From NCBI GenBank assembly GCA_963675525.2, contig CAXXSL010000016.1, forward strand, positions 864,001 to 928,000: a stretch of 64,000 nucleotides of DNA. The letters run 5' to 3'. The DNA is from Anaerohalosphaeraceae bacterium (lineage in GTDB: Bacteria > Planctomycetota > Phycisphaerae > Sedimentisphaerales > Anaerohalosphaeraceae). Positions 27,493-36,243 of this stretch are shown one piece after another; the stretch's first letter is position 1; every line of letters starts with the position of its first letter. Under the pieces are notes generated by a model. The model ran no database searches and was not told the origin of the DNA. It saw nothing but the letters and a program-made list of their open reading frames with translations. Position numbers and translations under genes: made by a program.

Positions 27493-28926
27493 TTACCCCG
27501 CTTTCTTCAACACATAATAAGCGGGTTTCTGTCCGCGAATGGTTACATCGCCGCTGTTCCATTCCATGAAGAGATAATCACCGTCATCATAACGTTCGAT
27601 AAAATATCGAGCGTCAATTTCTTCATCGAGCAATCTGCCTTTTGTCCATCGATGATTTATTTCCATCAGGTCTTCCCCCAAACACCATTCGACAAGGCCT
27701 TCTTCTTTAAAGTCCAGACTTTTTAGAAATAGTTTTCCTCGCCATGACGGCTGGTTTGGCTGAAATGTTTCCGGGCTTCCGACAAAATCGACAGTTGTCC
27801 AGGGACCGAGTACCTGCGGGTCGTTTTCAAACGGCATTTTCTTTGTTTCTTCAACCTGTTCAGGACGTTCGGTTCGCTTGAAAACATAGTATCCCTGATT
27901 GCTGTATTTTGTGCGGTATTCGTAAAACAGATAATCCACTCCGTTGAATGGCTTGATCGAATAGGCGGCCGGCCAGATGCCGAACGGGCGGATCTTTCCT
28001 TTCGTCCAGTCCAGCCCGATCGGCTGACTGTTGCCGATGGTCCACCAAAGTTGACCATTGTCTTCAAAACGCAATGTTTTCAAATACAGTTCAGCGGTTT
28101 GCTGTTCTTCGGGATTAAAGTCTTCGATTGTTTTAACAAAATCCACAGAGAGCCAATCCCCAATTGCCTGCGGGTCGTTTTCAAACCACTCCGGAATGAT
28201 TGTTTCATTTCCTGTCGCTTTTTTGAAAACATAATAAAACGGTTCCTGTCCGCGAATGGTCACGTCCCCGCTGATCCATTCACAAAACAGGTAGGTCTGC
28301 CCGTCAATGTTTCGTAAATAATAAAAGGCCGGACGTTCACTAAGCGGATTAACTTTTCCTTTGGTCCAGTGGTGTTTGTACTTTTTGCCTTCAATCAACC
28401 ACCAAATTACGCCTTTATCTTGAAAATCAAGAGCTTTTAGATAAAGACTGCTTCCCCAATTTTTTTTGGCAGGGTCAAAATCATCTATCATTTTGACAAA
28501 ATCAATACTGATCCATTTTCCGAGCATTTGTTCATCTAATTCGAATTCAACAGATTTTTCGGTAGAAATCTGAGATGGGATCTTTTTGGCATTATAGACC
28601 ATGTAGCCGCCGACAGCCATCAGTACGATAACAAACACAACCGCCAGAAATTCATTAATGCCGAAAGCTGCTTTCTTTGCGGCGGTGGTGTCTTCACTCA
28701 GCAATTCCGCATACTCCTGCGGCGGGCCCATCTCGGTGATGATCTGCTGAAACGCTTCCCATGTTCTGTGCTCGGGCGGCAGGTCGGCGTACTTGTTTTC
28801 CAGATGTGCGGCCACATCGTTTAGGATCTCCGCGGTTTTCGGCGAATCCACAGATGCCAGTGCCTGTTCAACATGTTTCAGATAATTCTGTTTGAGTTCC
28901 TGCCATTGCTGATGTTCGGAGGTCAT
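27493..28926 (-). CDS. HAAS/DUF1700-like N-terminal domain + TM helix + three copies of the same ectodomain
   Basis: YLKHVEQAL..EILNDVAAHL..EMGPPQEYA, one TM helix, then three FENDPQ..G.W..DFV..WTKG..YYVFK repeats. Confidence 0.75.
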   Translation of the reverse strand: MTSEHQQWQELKQNYLKHVEQALASVDSPKTAEILNDVAAHLENKYADLPPEHRTWEAFQQIITEMGPPQEYAELLSEDTTAAKKAAFGINEFLAVVFVIVLMAVGGYMVYNAKKIPSQISTEKSVEFELDEQMLGKWISIDFVKMIDDFDPAKKNWGSSLYLKALDFQDKGVIWWLIEGKKYKHHWTKGKVNPLSERPAFYYLRNIDGQTYLFCEWISGDVTIRGQEPFYYVFKKATGNETIIPEWFENDPQAIGDWLSVDFVKTIEDFNPEEQQTAELYLKTLRFEDNGQLWWTIGNSQPIGLDWTKGKIRPFGIWPAAYSIKPFNGVDYLFYEYRTKYSNQGYYVFKRTERPEQVEETKKMPFENDPQVLGPWTTVDFVGSPETFQPNQPSWRGKLFLKSLDFKEEGLVEWCLGEDLMEINHRWTKGRLLDEEIDARYFIERYDDGDYLFMEWNSGDVTIRGQKPAYYVLKKAG

Positions 28927-29261
28927 AGAAAATCTCCTTTCCGGACGTGTTGAATGCTGTCAATCATTTGCTCCCAGTGGCTGTTCATGTCAGCCAGTGT
29001 TTCGACCCCGGCCGCGGTCAGCTTGAAATATTTCCGGGGCGGGCCGTCGGCGCTGGGTTCGGCGTAGCTTTCGACCAACGCCTCCTGCTGTAGCCGGGCC
29101 AGGATCGGATAGACATTGCCTTCCCGAATCTTGAGCCCTTCGATTTTCCGCATCCGCTGGACCATTTCATAGCCGTGACAAGCCCCATGAGACAACAAAT
29201 TCAGGATAACGATGTCCAGCATTCCTTTTCGCAGTTGTGTCTGCCAGTTATCAACATACAT
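28923..29261 (-). CDS. PadR-family transcriptional regulator
   Basis: TQLRKGMLD, HGYEM, EGNVYPILARL, GPPRKYF. An AAGGAG RBS precedes the ATG at 29261, and the stop overlaps the next start (ATGA). Confidence 0.93.
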   Translation of the reverse strand: MYVDNWQTQLRKGMLDIVILNLLSHGACHGYEMVQRMRKIEGLKIREGNVYPILARLQQEALVESYAEPSADGPPRKYFKLTAAGVETLADMNSHWEQMIDSIQHVRKGDFL

Positions 29262-29363
29262 AATTATTATCTCCTTATACAGTATAATATATAACAGCAT
29301 AGCTGTTCGTCAAACCTTTATTTTGCAGTTGGCTAAAAAAATTTAAAAATTGTAAAAAAGTTG

Positions 29364-29399
29364 TTGACCAAACGGTCGATAATGACTATATAGTCATTA
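29364..29399 (+). promoter_or_regulatory. TetR operator (perfect 20-bp palindrome) overlapping a putative -10 box
   Basis: TAATGACTATATAGTCATTA at 29380-29399; TTGACC at 29364-29369. Confidence 0.7.
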
Positions 29400-30074
29400 A
29401 TGGTTATGGATGTATCACAAGAAAACAGAGACGGAATTGTTGAAACGCCGAAAAAAGCGATTAACAGAACCGAAAAGCGCGTTGCCAAAACAAAAAAGAA
29501 GCTTTTGGCCGCAGCGCTGGAAGTGTTCAGTGAGTACGGTGTTGACGCAACGACCATTGATGATATTACGCAGCGGGCTGATTTGGGTAAAGGTACTTTT
29601 TACCGGCATTTCAGTGATAAAGCGGAAATTATGTCCTGTTTGGTGGATCAGGCGATTGAAAATTTAATCGAGAAACTCCAGAAGGTGGAATCGGTAACGA
29701 CTATCGAAGAATCGCTGGATTGCATTATTGATGTGCATTACCGGTTCTTTCTGGAGCATCAGGAAGAGTTTATTTTACTGTTTCAGGGGCGTCTATTCCT
29801 GAAACTGGATCGGCAGATCACCGAGCAGATGGAAGAACCGTTTAACCGGTACTTTGAAGCCATTGAGAATCTGCTTTCGCCCTATGTGAGTGAAAAAATG
29901 GACCTCTTACGGATTCGGCGATTCGCCTGTGCTGTTGCAGGATTTGTGTTTGGTTTCTTTTCCTTTGCGATGATCGGCATGGAGTCCGAGGAAATCGAAA
30001 CCGGCATCAAACCGCTGCGTCAGAGTTTTGTGAAAAGCCTGTCGGCGTTTTTGGTTCAACAAAACAAAACTTAA
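29400..30074 (+). CDS. TetR/AcrR-family regulator
   Basis: LLAAALEVFSEYG..TTIDDIT.RADLGKGTFYRHF HTH. Confidence 0.95.
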   Translation: MVMDVSQENRDGIVETPKKAINRTEKRVAKTKKKLLAAALEVFSEYGVDATTIDDITQRADLGKGTFYRHFSDKAEIMSCLVDQAIENLIEKLQKVESVTTIEESLDCIIDVHYRFFLEHQEEFILLFQGRLFLKLDRQITEQMEEPFNRYFEAIENLLSPYVSEKMDLLRIRRFACAVAGFVFGFFSFAMIGMESEEIETGIKPLRQSFVKSLSAFLVQQNKT

Positions 30075-30113
30075 CCAAAGTTTAAATGAAAAAAAGAAAG
30101 GGATGCTGAAGTC

Positions 30114-31481
30114 ATGGAGCAGCACATTCAAAACGTCATTACGGAACCTACGGAAGAGAAGTCCTCTGAACCTCCCAGTACATTGAGGGCGGTTCAGGAA
30201 CCGTCCTCCCCCCAAACAGAAAACGAACCCCTATGTAAAAAACTGTCCCAATGGAATGACTGGCGATGGCAGATTCGCAACCGCATCCGGTCTCGGGAGC
30301 AGTTATCCAAGTATGTGCCGTCACTTTCAGGGCGACATGAGCTTCAGAAGGTTATCGAGAAGTACCCAATGGCGATTACGCCGTACTATGCTTCGATTAT
30401 CCAGCAGGCGGATATGTCCGACCCGATCTTTCGCATGAGCGTGCCGAACATCCAGGAGATGTATGATCCGCCGTGCCTGACGGATGATCCGCTTGAAGAG
30501 CATCAGGATATGCCGGTGCCGGGACTGGTGCATCGCTATCGTGACCGCGCGCTGTTGCTGGCAACGACGATGTGTTCGATGTACTGTCGTCACTGTACGC
30601 GCAAGCGCATTGCCGGAACCCGTGAAACCGCGATTTCCGCGCGCCGGATGCGTCAGGCGCAGGAATACCTTTTCAGTCACCCGGAGATCACCGATGTGAT
30701 CGTTTCCGGCGGCGACCCATTGACCATGTCCGATGCCGCGATTGAAGCGGTGCTCAGTATGCTGCGCTCGGTGCCGTCGGTGCAGGTCATTCGTATCGGA
30801 ACCCGCGTTCCGGTGGTGCTGCCGATGCGTATTACTGACGACCTGGTCAACATTCTTAAGAAATATCATCCGCTCTGGATTAACACACACTTTAACCATC
30901 CCAATGAGCTGACCGAGGAGGCCCGCGCTGCGTGCGCGAAACTGGCCGATGCAGGGATCCCGCTGGGCAACCAGACGGTTCTGCTTCGCGGCGTCAACGA
31001 TGACCCGCAGATCATCGAGCAGCTTTGCCGGGAGTTGATCAGTACCCGCGTTCGCCCGTATTACATGTATCAGTGTGATCTGGTGCGCGGCGTCGAGCAT
31101 TTTCGTACATCGGTCCGCAAGGGCATTGAGATTATGGAATACCTTCGTGGTCGAATCAGCGGGATTGCCATTCCGACCTTTGTGGTCGATGCTCCGCACG
31201 GCGGCGGCAAGATTCCGGTGCTGCCGACCTATGTGGTCTCGATGAGTCCAACGCATACGGTACTTCGGAACTATGAGGGCGTATTGGTCAGTTACCCGGA
31301 ACCGGGAGTGGATATGGAACCGGCACTCAGAGCGGCGGTGAATGAAACGGGCGTGTGGGAACTGGCATCCGGCAAAGCCGATGTCATTCAGCCGGCGCAT
31401 ACCCAGCGTATGGAACGCCGGGATAAAATCATCACAAAAAAGGGCCCGTCTCCGTCAGCCGGTTACCTGTTTGATGCGTAG
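30114..31481 (+). CDS. kamA: Lysine 2,3-aminomutase (radical SAM, PLP)
   Basis: GLVHRYRDR, CSMYCRHC, SGGDPL, HFNHP, YQCDL, VVDAPHGGGKIP (PLP lysine). Both Asp residues that distinguish lysine from glutamate aminomutases are present. Confidence 0.92.
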   Translation: MEQHIQNVITEPTEEKSSEPPSTLRAVQEPSSPQTENEPLCKKLSQWNDWRWQIRNRIRSREQLSKYVPSLSGRHELQKVIEKYPMAITPYYASIIQQADMSDPIFRMSVPNIQEMYDPPCLTDDPLEEHQDMPVPGLVHRYRDRALLLATTMCSMYCRHCTRKRIAGTRETAISARRMRQAQEYLFSHPEITDVIVSGGDPLTMSDAAIEAVLSMLRSVPSVQVIRIGTRVPVVLPMRITDDLVNILKKYHPLWINTHFNHPNELTEEARAACAKLADAGIPLGNQTVLLRGVNDDPQIIEQLCRELISTRVRPYYMYQCDLVRGVEHFRTSVRKGIEIMEYLRGRISGIAIPTFVVDAPHGGGKIPVLPTYVVSMSPTHTVLRNYEGVLVSYPEPGVDMEPALRAAVNETGVWELASGKADVIQPAHTQRMERRDKIITKKGPSPSAGYLFDA

Positions 31482-31519
31482 AATATCCATATAAAAAGAC
31501 ATTCTACGGAGAACGTACC

Positions 31520-33289
31520 ATGATCCGAATTACGCGTGTCAACCGAACTGTGCTGCCGATAGAACATGAGCGTATCGCTCAAGTTCAGGAGATTTTTCGT
31601 CAAAATTTTTCTTCGGTGGCTGATTATGCGGAGAAAATTCCCGACCTGCTGGAGAATCCCATCAAATACGGCTATACCACCGTACTGCTGGTCAGTGAGG
31701 CGTCGCTGGGGCGCGTGACGGGTTTTTCGCTGTTTATCTACTTTCCGAATGTCCGCAGTGCGGTGCTGGACTTTATGGCGGTTCGTCGGGATATTCATGG
31801 TGCCGGCACGGGCAGTGTTTTGTATGAAGCCACGCGCGAATATCTTAAAGAGATGAATTGTCATGGACTGTATCTGGAGGCATTGCCGGATGATTCGGGG
31901 GTCGTGAAAGATGCGGCGATCTTGAAAGAAAATCAGCGGCGGCTTCGATTCTATGAGGCCTACGGTGTTCGCCCCATTATCAATACGGCCTATGAAACTC
32001 CCATTGATGACTCACCGGCTCCGCATTTGCTCTATGATGATTTGGATCGCCATCAACCGTTGCGGCGGTCTCAGTGCCGTGCGGTGATGCGGACGCTTCT
32101 AATCAAAAAATACAGCCATCTGGTTTCATCGGAATATATTGAGCGGGTTGCCGAGTCGGTGACCGACGATCCGGTCAGGATTCGCGAGCCTAAATATCTC
32201 AAGTCGGAAGTTCAGGAGGCGCCCCAGCGCTATCGCGATCGGTTGGAAAAAGCTTTTGTGATGGTCTGTGGGACGGCTCATGAAGTCCACCATGTTCAAG
32301 AGCGGGGATATGTTGAACGCCCGGCCCGTGTTAAGGCCATTCAGGCGGCACTTCAGAAGAGCGCTTTCTTTGAGTCACAGGGGCCTAAACATTTTGGCCA
32401 GGAACATGTTCTTGCCGTTCACGATGCAGATTTCGTCCGCTATCTGAAAGCCGTCTGTCTGAAATTGCACAGCAAACGGCCGGTCTATCCGTATGTGTTT
32501 CCGATCCGACATCCGGAACGGCGACCCCATGATTTGGCGGTGCGCGCCGGTTACTATTGCATCGACACATTTACGCCGCTGGACCATAATGCCTATGATG
32601 CCGCCAGGAGTGCCGTCGATGTCGCTTTAACAGCGGCGGAATACGTACTTAAAGGGCGAGGCCTGGCATACGCCCTGTGCAGGCCGCCCGGTCATCATGC
32701 CGAGCGAAAATCGTTTGGCGGTTTTTGTTATTTTAATAATACAGCGATTGCCGCACAGTATTTATCCCGGCATGGAAAAGTAGCAACGCTGGATATCGAC
32801 TTTCATCACGGCAACGGCACACAGGATATTTTTTATAGCCGCAACGATGTGTCGACCTTTTCAATCCACGGCCATCCTAATTTTGCTTACCCCTATTTTT
32901 CAGGGTTTGCCGATGAAGTCGGTCATGGTGCCGGGCAGGGCTTTAATCATAATTATTGCCTGCAGGAAAACGCCGGAGCAGAAACCTATCTGGCGACACT
33001 TGAAAAAGCATTAAAACAGATTCGCAAATATGCCCCGTTATTTTTTGTGGTGAGTTTGGGATTTGACACGATGAAAGGTGACCCGACCGGTTCGTTTGCG
33101 TTGAAACCGGAGACGATGAAAAAAATCGGCACGGCACTGGCCTCGATGAATCTGCCGACGCTGGTGGTGCAGGAGGGCGGGTATAGTCTGCAAAATCTCA
33201 AGACAGGTTCCGTCGCTCTGTTTAACGGGTTTGCAGATGTGACGCGTCAACAGGTAAAGAACTCTTTGAATCAGGAACAAAAAAAATGA
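31520..33289 (+). CDS. GNAT acetyltransferase - HDAC/acetylpolyamine amidohydrolase fusion
   Basis: N-terminal LDFMAV..HGAGTGS..LYLE..FY GNAT motifs; C-terminal RPPGHHA, GGFCYFNN, DIDFHHGNGTQ, SLGFD, QEGGY. Confidence 0.9.
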   Translation: MIRITRVNRTVLPIEHERIAQVQEIFRQNFSSVADYAEKIPDLLENPIKYGYTTVLLVSEASLGRVTGFSLFIYFPNVRSAVLDFMAVRRDIHGAGTGSVLYEATREYLKEMNCHGLYLEALPDDSGVVKDAAILKENQRRLRFYEAYGVRPIINTAYETPIDDSPAPHLLYDDLDRHQPLRRSQCRAVMRTLLIKKYSHLVSSEYIERVAESVTDDPVRIREPKYLKSEVQEAPQRYRDRLEKAFVMVCGTAHEVHHVQERGYVERPARVKAIQAALQKSAFFESQGPKHFGQEHVLAVHDADFVRYLKAVCLKLHSKRPVYPYVFPIRHPERRPHDLAVRAGYYCIDTFTPLDHNAYDAARSAVDVALTAAEYVLKGRGLAYALCRPPGHHAERKSFGGFCYFNNTAIAAQYLSRHGKVATLDIDFHHGNGTQDIFYSRNDVSTFSIHGHPNFAYPYFSGFADEVGHGAGQGFNHNYCLQENAGAETYLATLEKALKQIRKYAPLFFVVSLGFDTMKGDPTGSFALKPETMKKIGTALASMNLPTLVVQEGGYSLQNLKTGSVALFNGFADVTRQQVKNSLNQEQKK

Positions 33290-34302
33290 AACCATTGGTG
33301 GGTTTAGTGTACGACCTGCGGAGCGAGTATTTGGCGCAGGGGTATTCGGAAGAGGACGTCGCGGAGTTTGACTCCGATGCGACCATCCAGCTTTTGCAGG
33401 AAGCGATTGAACAGTGCGGCTATCGGACAGAGCGAATCGGTCACGGCAAGGCGCTGAGTTTGAAACTGGCGGCGGGGCATCGCTGGGACATGGTGTTTAA
33501 TATCGCCGAGGGGATCGGGGGACGCTGCCGGGAATCGTATGTGCCGGCCCTGTTGGAGATGTACGGGATTCCTTACACCTTTTCGGACCCGCTGATCTGT
33601 GCGCTGACACTGGATAAGGCGATGGCCAAACAATGGGTTGCCCAGCAAGGGCTGGCGACACCGGCGTTTGCGGTGGTTGAAACGATTGATGATATCGATG
33701 GGGTTGCGCTGACGTATCCGCTGTTTGCCAAGCCGCTGGCCGAGGGAACCGGAAAGGGTGTTGACCAGAATTCAAAAATTGAAAATGTGACGAAACTCAA
33801 AGCTGTCTGTGCGGAACTGTTGAGCCGTTACAGTCAGCCGGTCCTGGTGGAAGAGTTTTTGCCGGGGCGTGAATTTACGGTCGGCATTCTCGGAACGGGC
33901 CGGGAAGCATCCGTGCTGGGGACGATGGAAATCGAGTTGGTCTCTAAAGGTGAACCGGCGATTTACTCGTATCTGAACAAGGAAGAGTGTGAGTCACGTA
34001 TTCACTATCATCCCCTGCAGGATGCCCCCGCGCTCAAAGAAAAAGTCGAACAGCTTGCTTTGCGTTGTTATCAGGTATTGCAGTGTCGCGATGCCGGGCG
34101 TGTGGATGTCCGTTGCGATAATAAGGGCGAGCCTTGTTTTATCGAGGTTAATCCGCTGGCGGGGTTGCATCCGGTCCATTCGGATTTGCCGATGATTGCC
34201 ACGCAGGAAGGGATGAGCTACGAGACGCTGATTGAAACGATTCTTCAAAACGCCTTTAAACGTGCCGGTGCCGGGAGCCAAAAGACATGGAAAACATTCT
34301 GA
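33286..34302 (+). CDS. D-Ala-D-Ala-ligase-like ATP-grasp ligase 1
   Basis: VFNIAEG, IPYTFSD, LDKAMAK, PLFAKP..EGTGKG, VEEFLPGREF, GRVDVR, IEVNPLAG; lacks the Ddl GGxSxE motif. Confidence 0.9.
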   Translation: MKPLVGLVYDLRSEYLAQGYSEEDVAEFDSDATIQLLQEAIEQCGYRTERIGHGKALSLKLAAGHRWDMVFNIAEGIGGRCRESYVPALLEMYGIPYTFSDPLICALTLDKAMAKQWVAQQGLATPAFAVVETIDDIDGVALTYPLFAKPLAEGTGKGVDQNSKIENVTKLKAVCAELLSRYSQPVLVEEFLPGREFTVGILGTGREASVLGTMEIELVSKGEPAIYSYLNKEECESRIHYHPLQDAPALKEKVEQLALRCYQVLQCRDAGRVDVRCDNKGEPCFIEVNPLAGLHPVHSDLPMIATQEGMSYETLIETILQNAFKRAGAGSQKTWKTF

Positions 34303-35339
34303 TTTTACATAATACGTTTGGCCCATTGAACGACCCGCTGTACGAAAGCCGCGCCGGAGTGATGGACCAGGTTCACGCGGTTGCTCAGTCGCTGGATGTG
34401 CTGGGTATCGGCAATGAGGTGCTGGCGATTGAAAATCTGCGTCATCTGACACAGATACTGGGCTCAAGAAAAGAAAATCTCATTTTTAATCTTGCCGAGG
34501 AGTTTTTGTGCTCCATTGAACAGGCCTGTTATGTTCCGGCTGTTTGCCGGGCGTTCGGCAAACGATGCACCGGCAACGACACACCCGCGCTGCTTCTGTC
34601 TCAGAATAAGATTTACGCCAAGGCTGTGCTGCGGGATGCGGGCTTGCCGTGTCCGGACGGTGTGGTTGTTTATCCGCAACAGAAAGCTGACTGGGAGAAC
34701 CTTTCCGGCGGCCGGTATATTTTAAAGCCGGCGTTTTGTGATGCCAGTGAAGGTATCACGGCCGAATCGGTGCTTTCATTGCCGGAAGAACGGGAAAAAG
34801 CCGATGTTTTGATTGAAACACTACATCGGCAATTTGCCCAGCCGGTCATTGTTGAACGGTTTATCCCCGCGAGGGAACTGAATGTCTCGGTGATTGAGCG
34901 AAATGGAAAAATCAAAGTGTTGCCGCTGGCGGAAATTGACTTCAGCGCCTTTTCCCGGACACAGACGAAAATCGTGGATTATGATGCCAAGTGGCAGAAG
35001 GATTCATTCGGCTATAACAATACGCCCCGCAAAATTCCGGCGGATTTGCCGGAGGATGTTTCGGCTAAAGTACGATCATTGGCGGCGGTGGCGTTTAAGG
35101 CCGTGGGCTGTCGGGATTATGCCCGTGTGGATTTCCGGCTGGATGAAGAGTTGGCTCCGTTTATTCTCGAAGTCAATCCCAATCCGGATATTTCGTTGGA
35201 TGCGGGATTTGCTGCGGCTGTGCAGGCGGCGGATATCCCATACGAGAGGTTTGTCTGGACGGTATTAACCAATGCACAGGACCGGCTGATGGGCTCCGGC
35301 ACAGCCAACCCGACCAACAAAAAGGAAACACGATGCTGA
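34287..35339 (+). CDS. D-Ala-D-Ala-ligase-like ATP-grasp ligase 2
   Basis: FNLAE, ILKP..DASEGI, VERFI..REL, DYDAKW, YARVDFR, LEVNPNPD. Confidence 0.9.
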   Translation: MENILILHNTFGPLNDPLYESRAGVMDQVHAVAQSLDVLGIGNEVLAIENLRHLTQILGSRKENLIFNLAEEFLCSIEQACYVPAVCRAFGKRCTGNDTPALLLSQNKIYAKAVLRDAGLPCPDGVVVYPQQKADWENLSGGRYILKPAFCDASEGITAESVLSLPEEREKADVLIETLHRQFAQPVIVERFIPARELNVSVIERNGKIKVLPLAEIDFSAFSRTQTKIVDYDAKWQKDSFGYNNTPRKIPADLPEDVSAKVRSLAAVAFKAVGCRDYARVDFRLDEELAPFILEVNPNPDISLDAGFAAAVQAADIPYERFVWTVLTNAQDRLMGSGTANPTNKKETRC

Positions 35340-35836
35340 AGACACCCGATGATGTTCACATTCGAAAAGCACAGGTTGCCGACCATCCCGTGGTGATCGA
35401 TATTGTTAAAGCGACAAATTTTTTCCGTCCCGTGGAAATCGAGATTGCCTGGGAGGTGTTTGATGAAGCGGCGATGCACAAGCCCGACAGCAATTATCAG
35501 TCCTATGTCGCCGAGGTTGACGGCCAGGTGACCGGTTGGGTTTGTTTCGGGGCGACGCCCTGTACGCTGGGAACATTTGATGTGTACTGGATTGCGGTTG
35601 ACCCGGCCCGGCAGCGGCTCCATATCGGTTCGAAGCTGCTGGACTTTGCCGAAACCAATATCCGCAAACAAAAAGGGCGGATGATCGTTATCGAAACCAG
35701 CGGTTCGGAAAAATACCTGCCCACACGAACTTTTTACGAACGCAACGGCTACACCCTCGCCGCCAATGTTAAAGAATTCTACGCGCCGGGCGATGACAAG
35801 TGGATATTTCTCAAAAAGCTACTTTATAAAGATTGA
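35333..35836 (+). CDS. GNAT N-acetyltransferase
   Basis: DVYWIAVDP..QRLHIGSKLL, IETS, FYERNGY, FYAPGDD. Confidence 0.92.
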   Translation: MLKTPDDVHIRKAQVADHPVVIDIVKATNFFRPVEIEIAWEVFDEAAMHKPDSNYQSYVAEVDGQVTGWVCFGATPCTLGTFDVYWIAVDPARQRLHIGSKLLDFAETNIRKQKGRMIVIETSGSEKYLPTRTFYERNGYTLAANVKEFYAPGDDKWIFLKKLLYKD

Positions 35837-36243
35837 CTTGTTCCTGCTTAGGGTTTACCGAAGTTTTTGCGCAAGGATTGACAATCCCGGCATGGATATC
35901 CCAGTGGGTGTCGAGCGTTAATTTCTTTTGGGAATGGAACCCCTGCCGGAAAAGTATTTCACTTTACAGCCGTATCATAGAGCCGTCAGTTGTTTTCTGC
36001 CATCTTCCCCAACAAAAACACCCGCATGGTCTGTCATGAACAGATCCGCCAAAGCCTTCTTTAAGTTGAGGTAAATAGCCTCCGGAAATGTCCTCAATTG
36101 CTAATAAACCGGGGAATTTAAAGATGTTGCCGCCCCAAAATAGTGTAATAGCAGATAAAATAGTGTATATTTTTACGAACTTTAGTATAATATTCGGCTT
36201 AAAATAATGTTTCTTTAACAACTATGAGGTATGAAAGCCGGAG

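Noticed and set aside
30114..31481. EpmB (EF-P modification) or glutamate 2,3-aminomutase
   Set aside because: There is no efp or epmA nearby, the protein is full KamA length, and the lysine-specifying Asp residues are present.
33286..35339. Housekeeping ddl genes
   Set aside because: They lack the N-terminal GGxSxE motif and the LHG..GEDG motif of true Ddl, and they are not in a mur/dcw context.
35837..36243. Small ORFs or a riboswitch in the spacer after the GNAT gene
   Set aside because: No RBS-supported ORF with motifs and no recognisable aptamer or strong hairpin.
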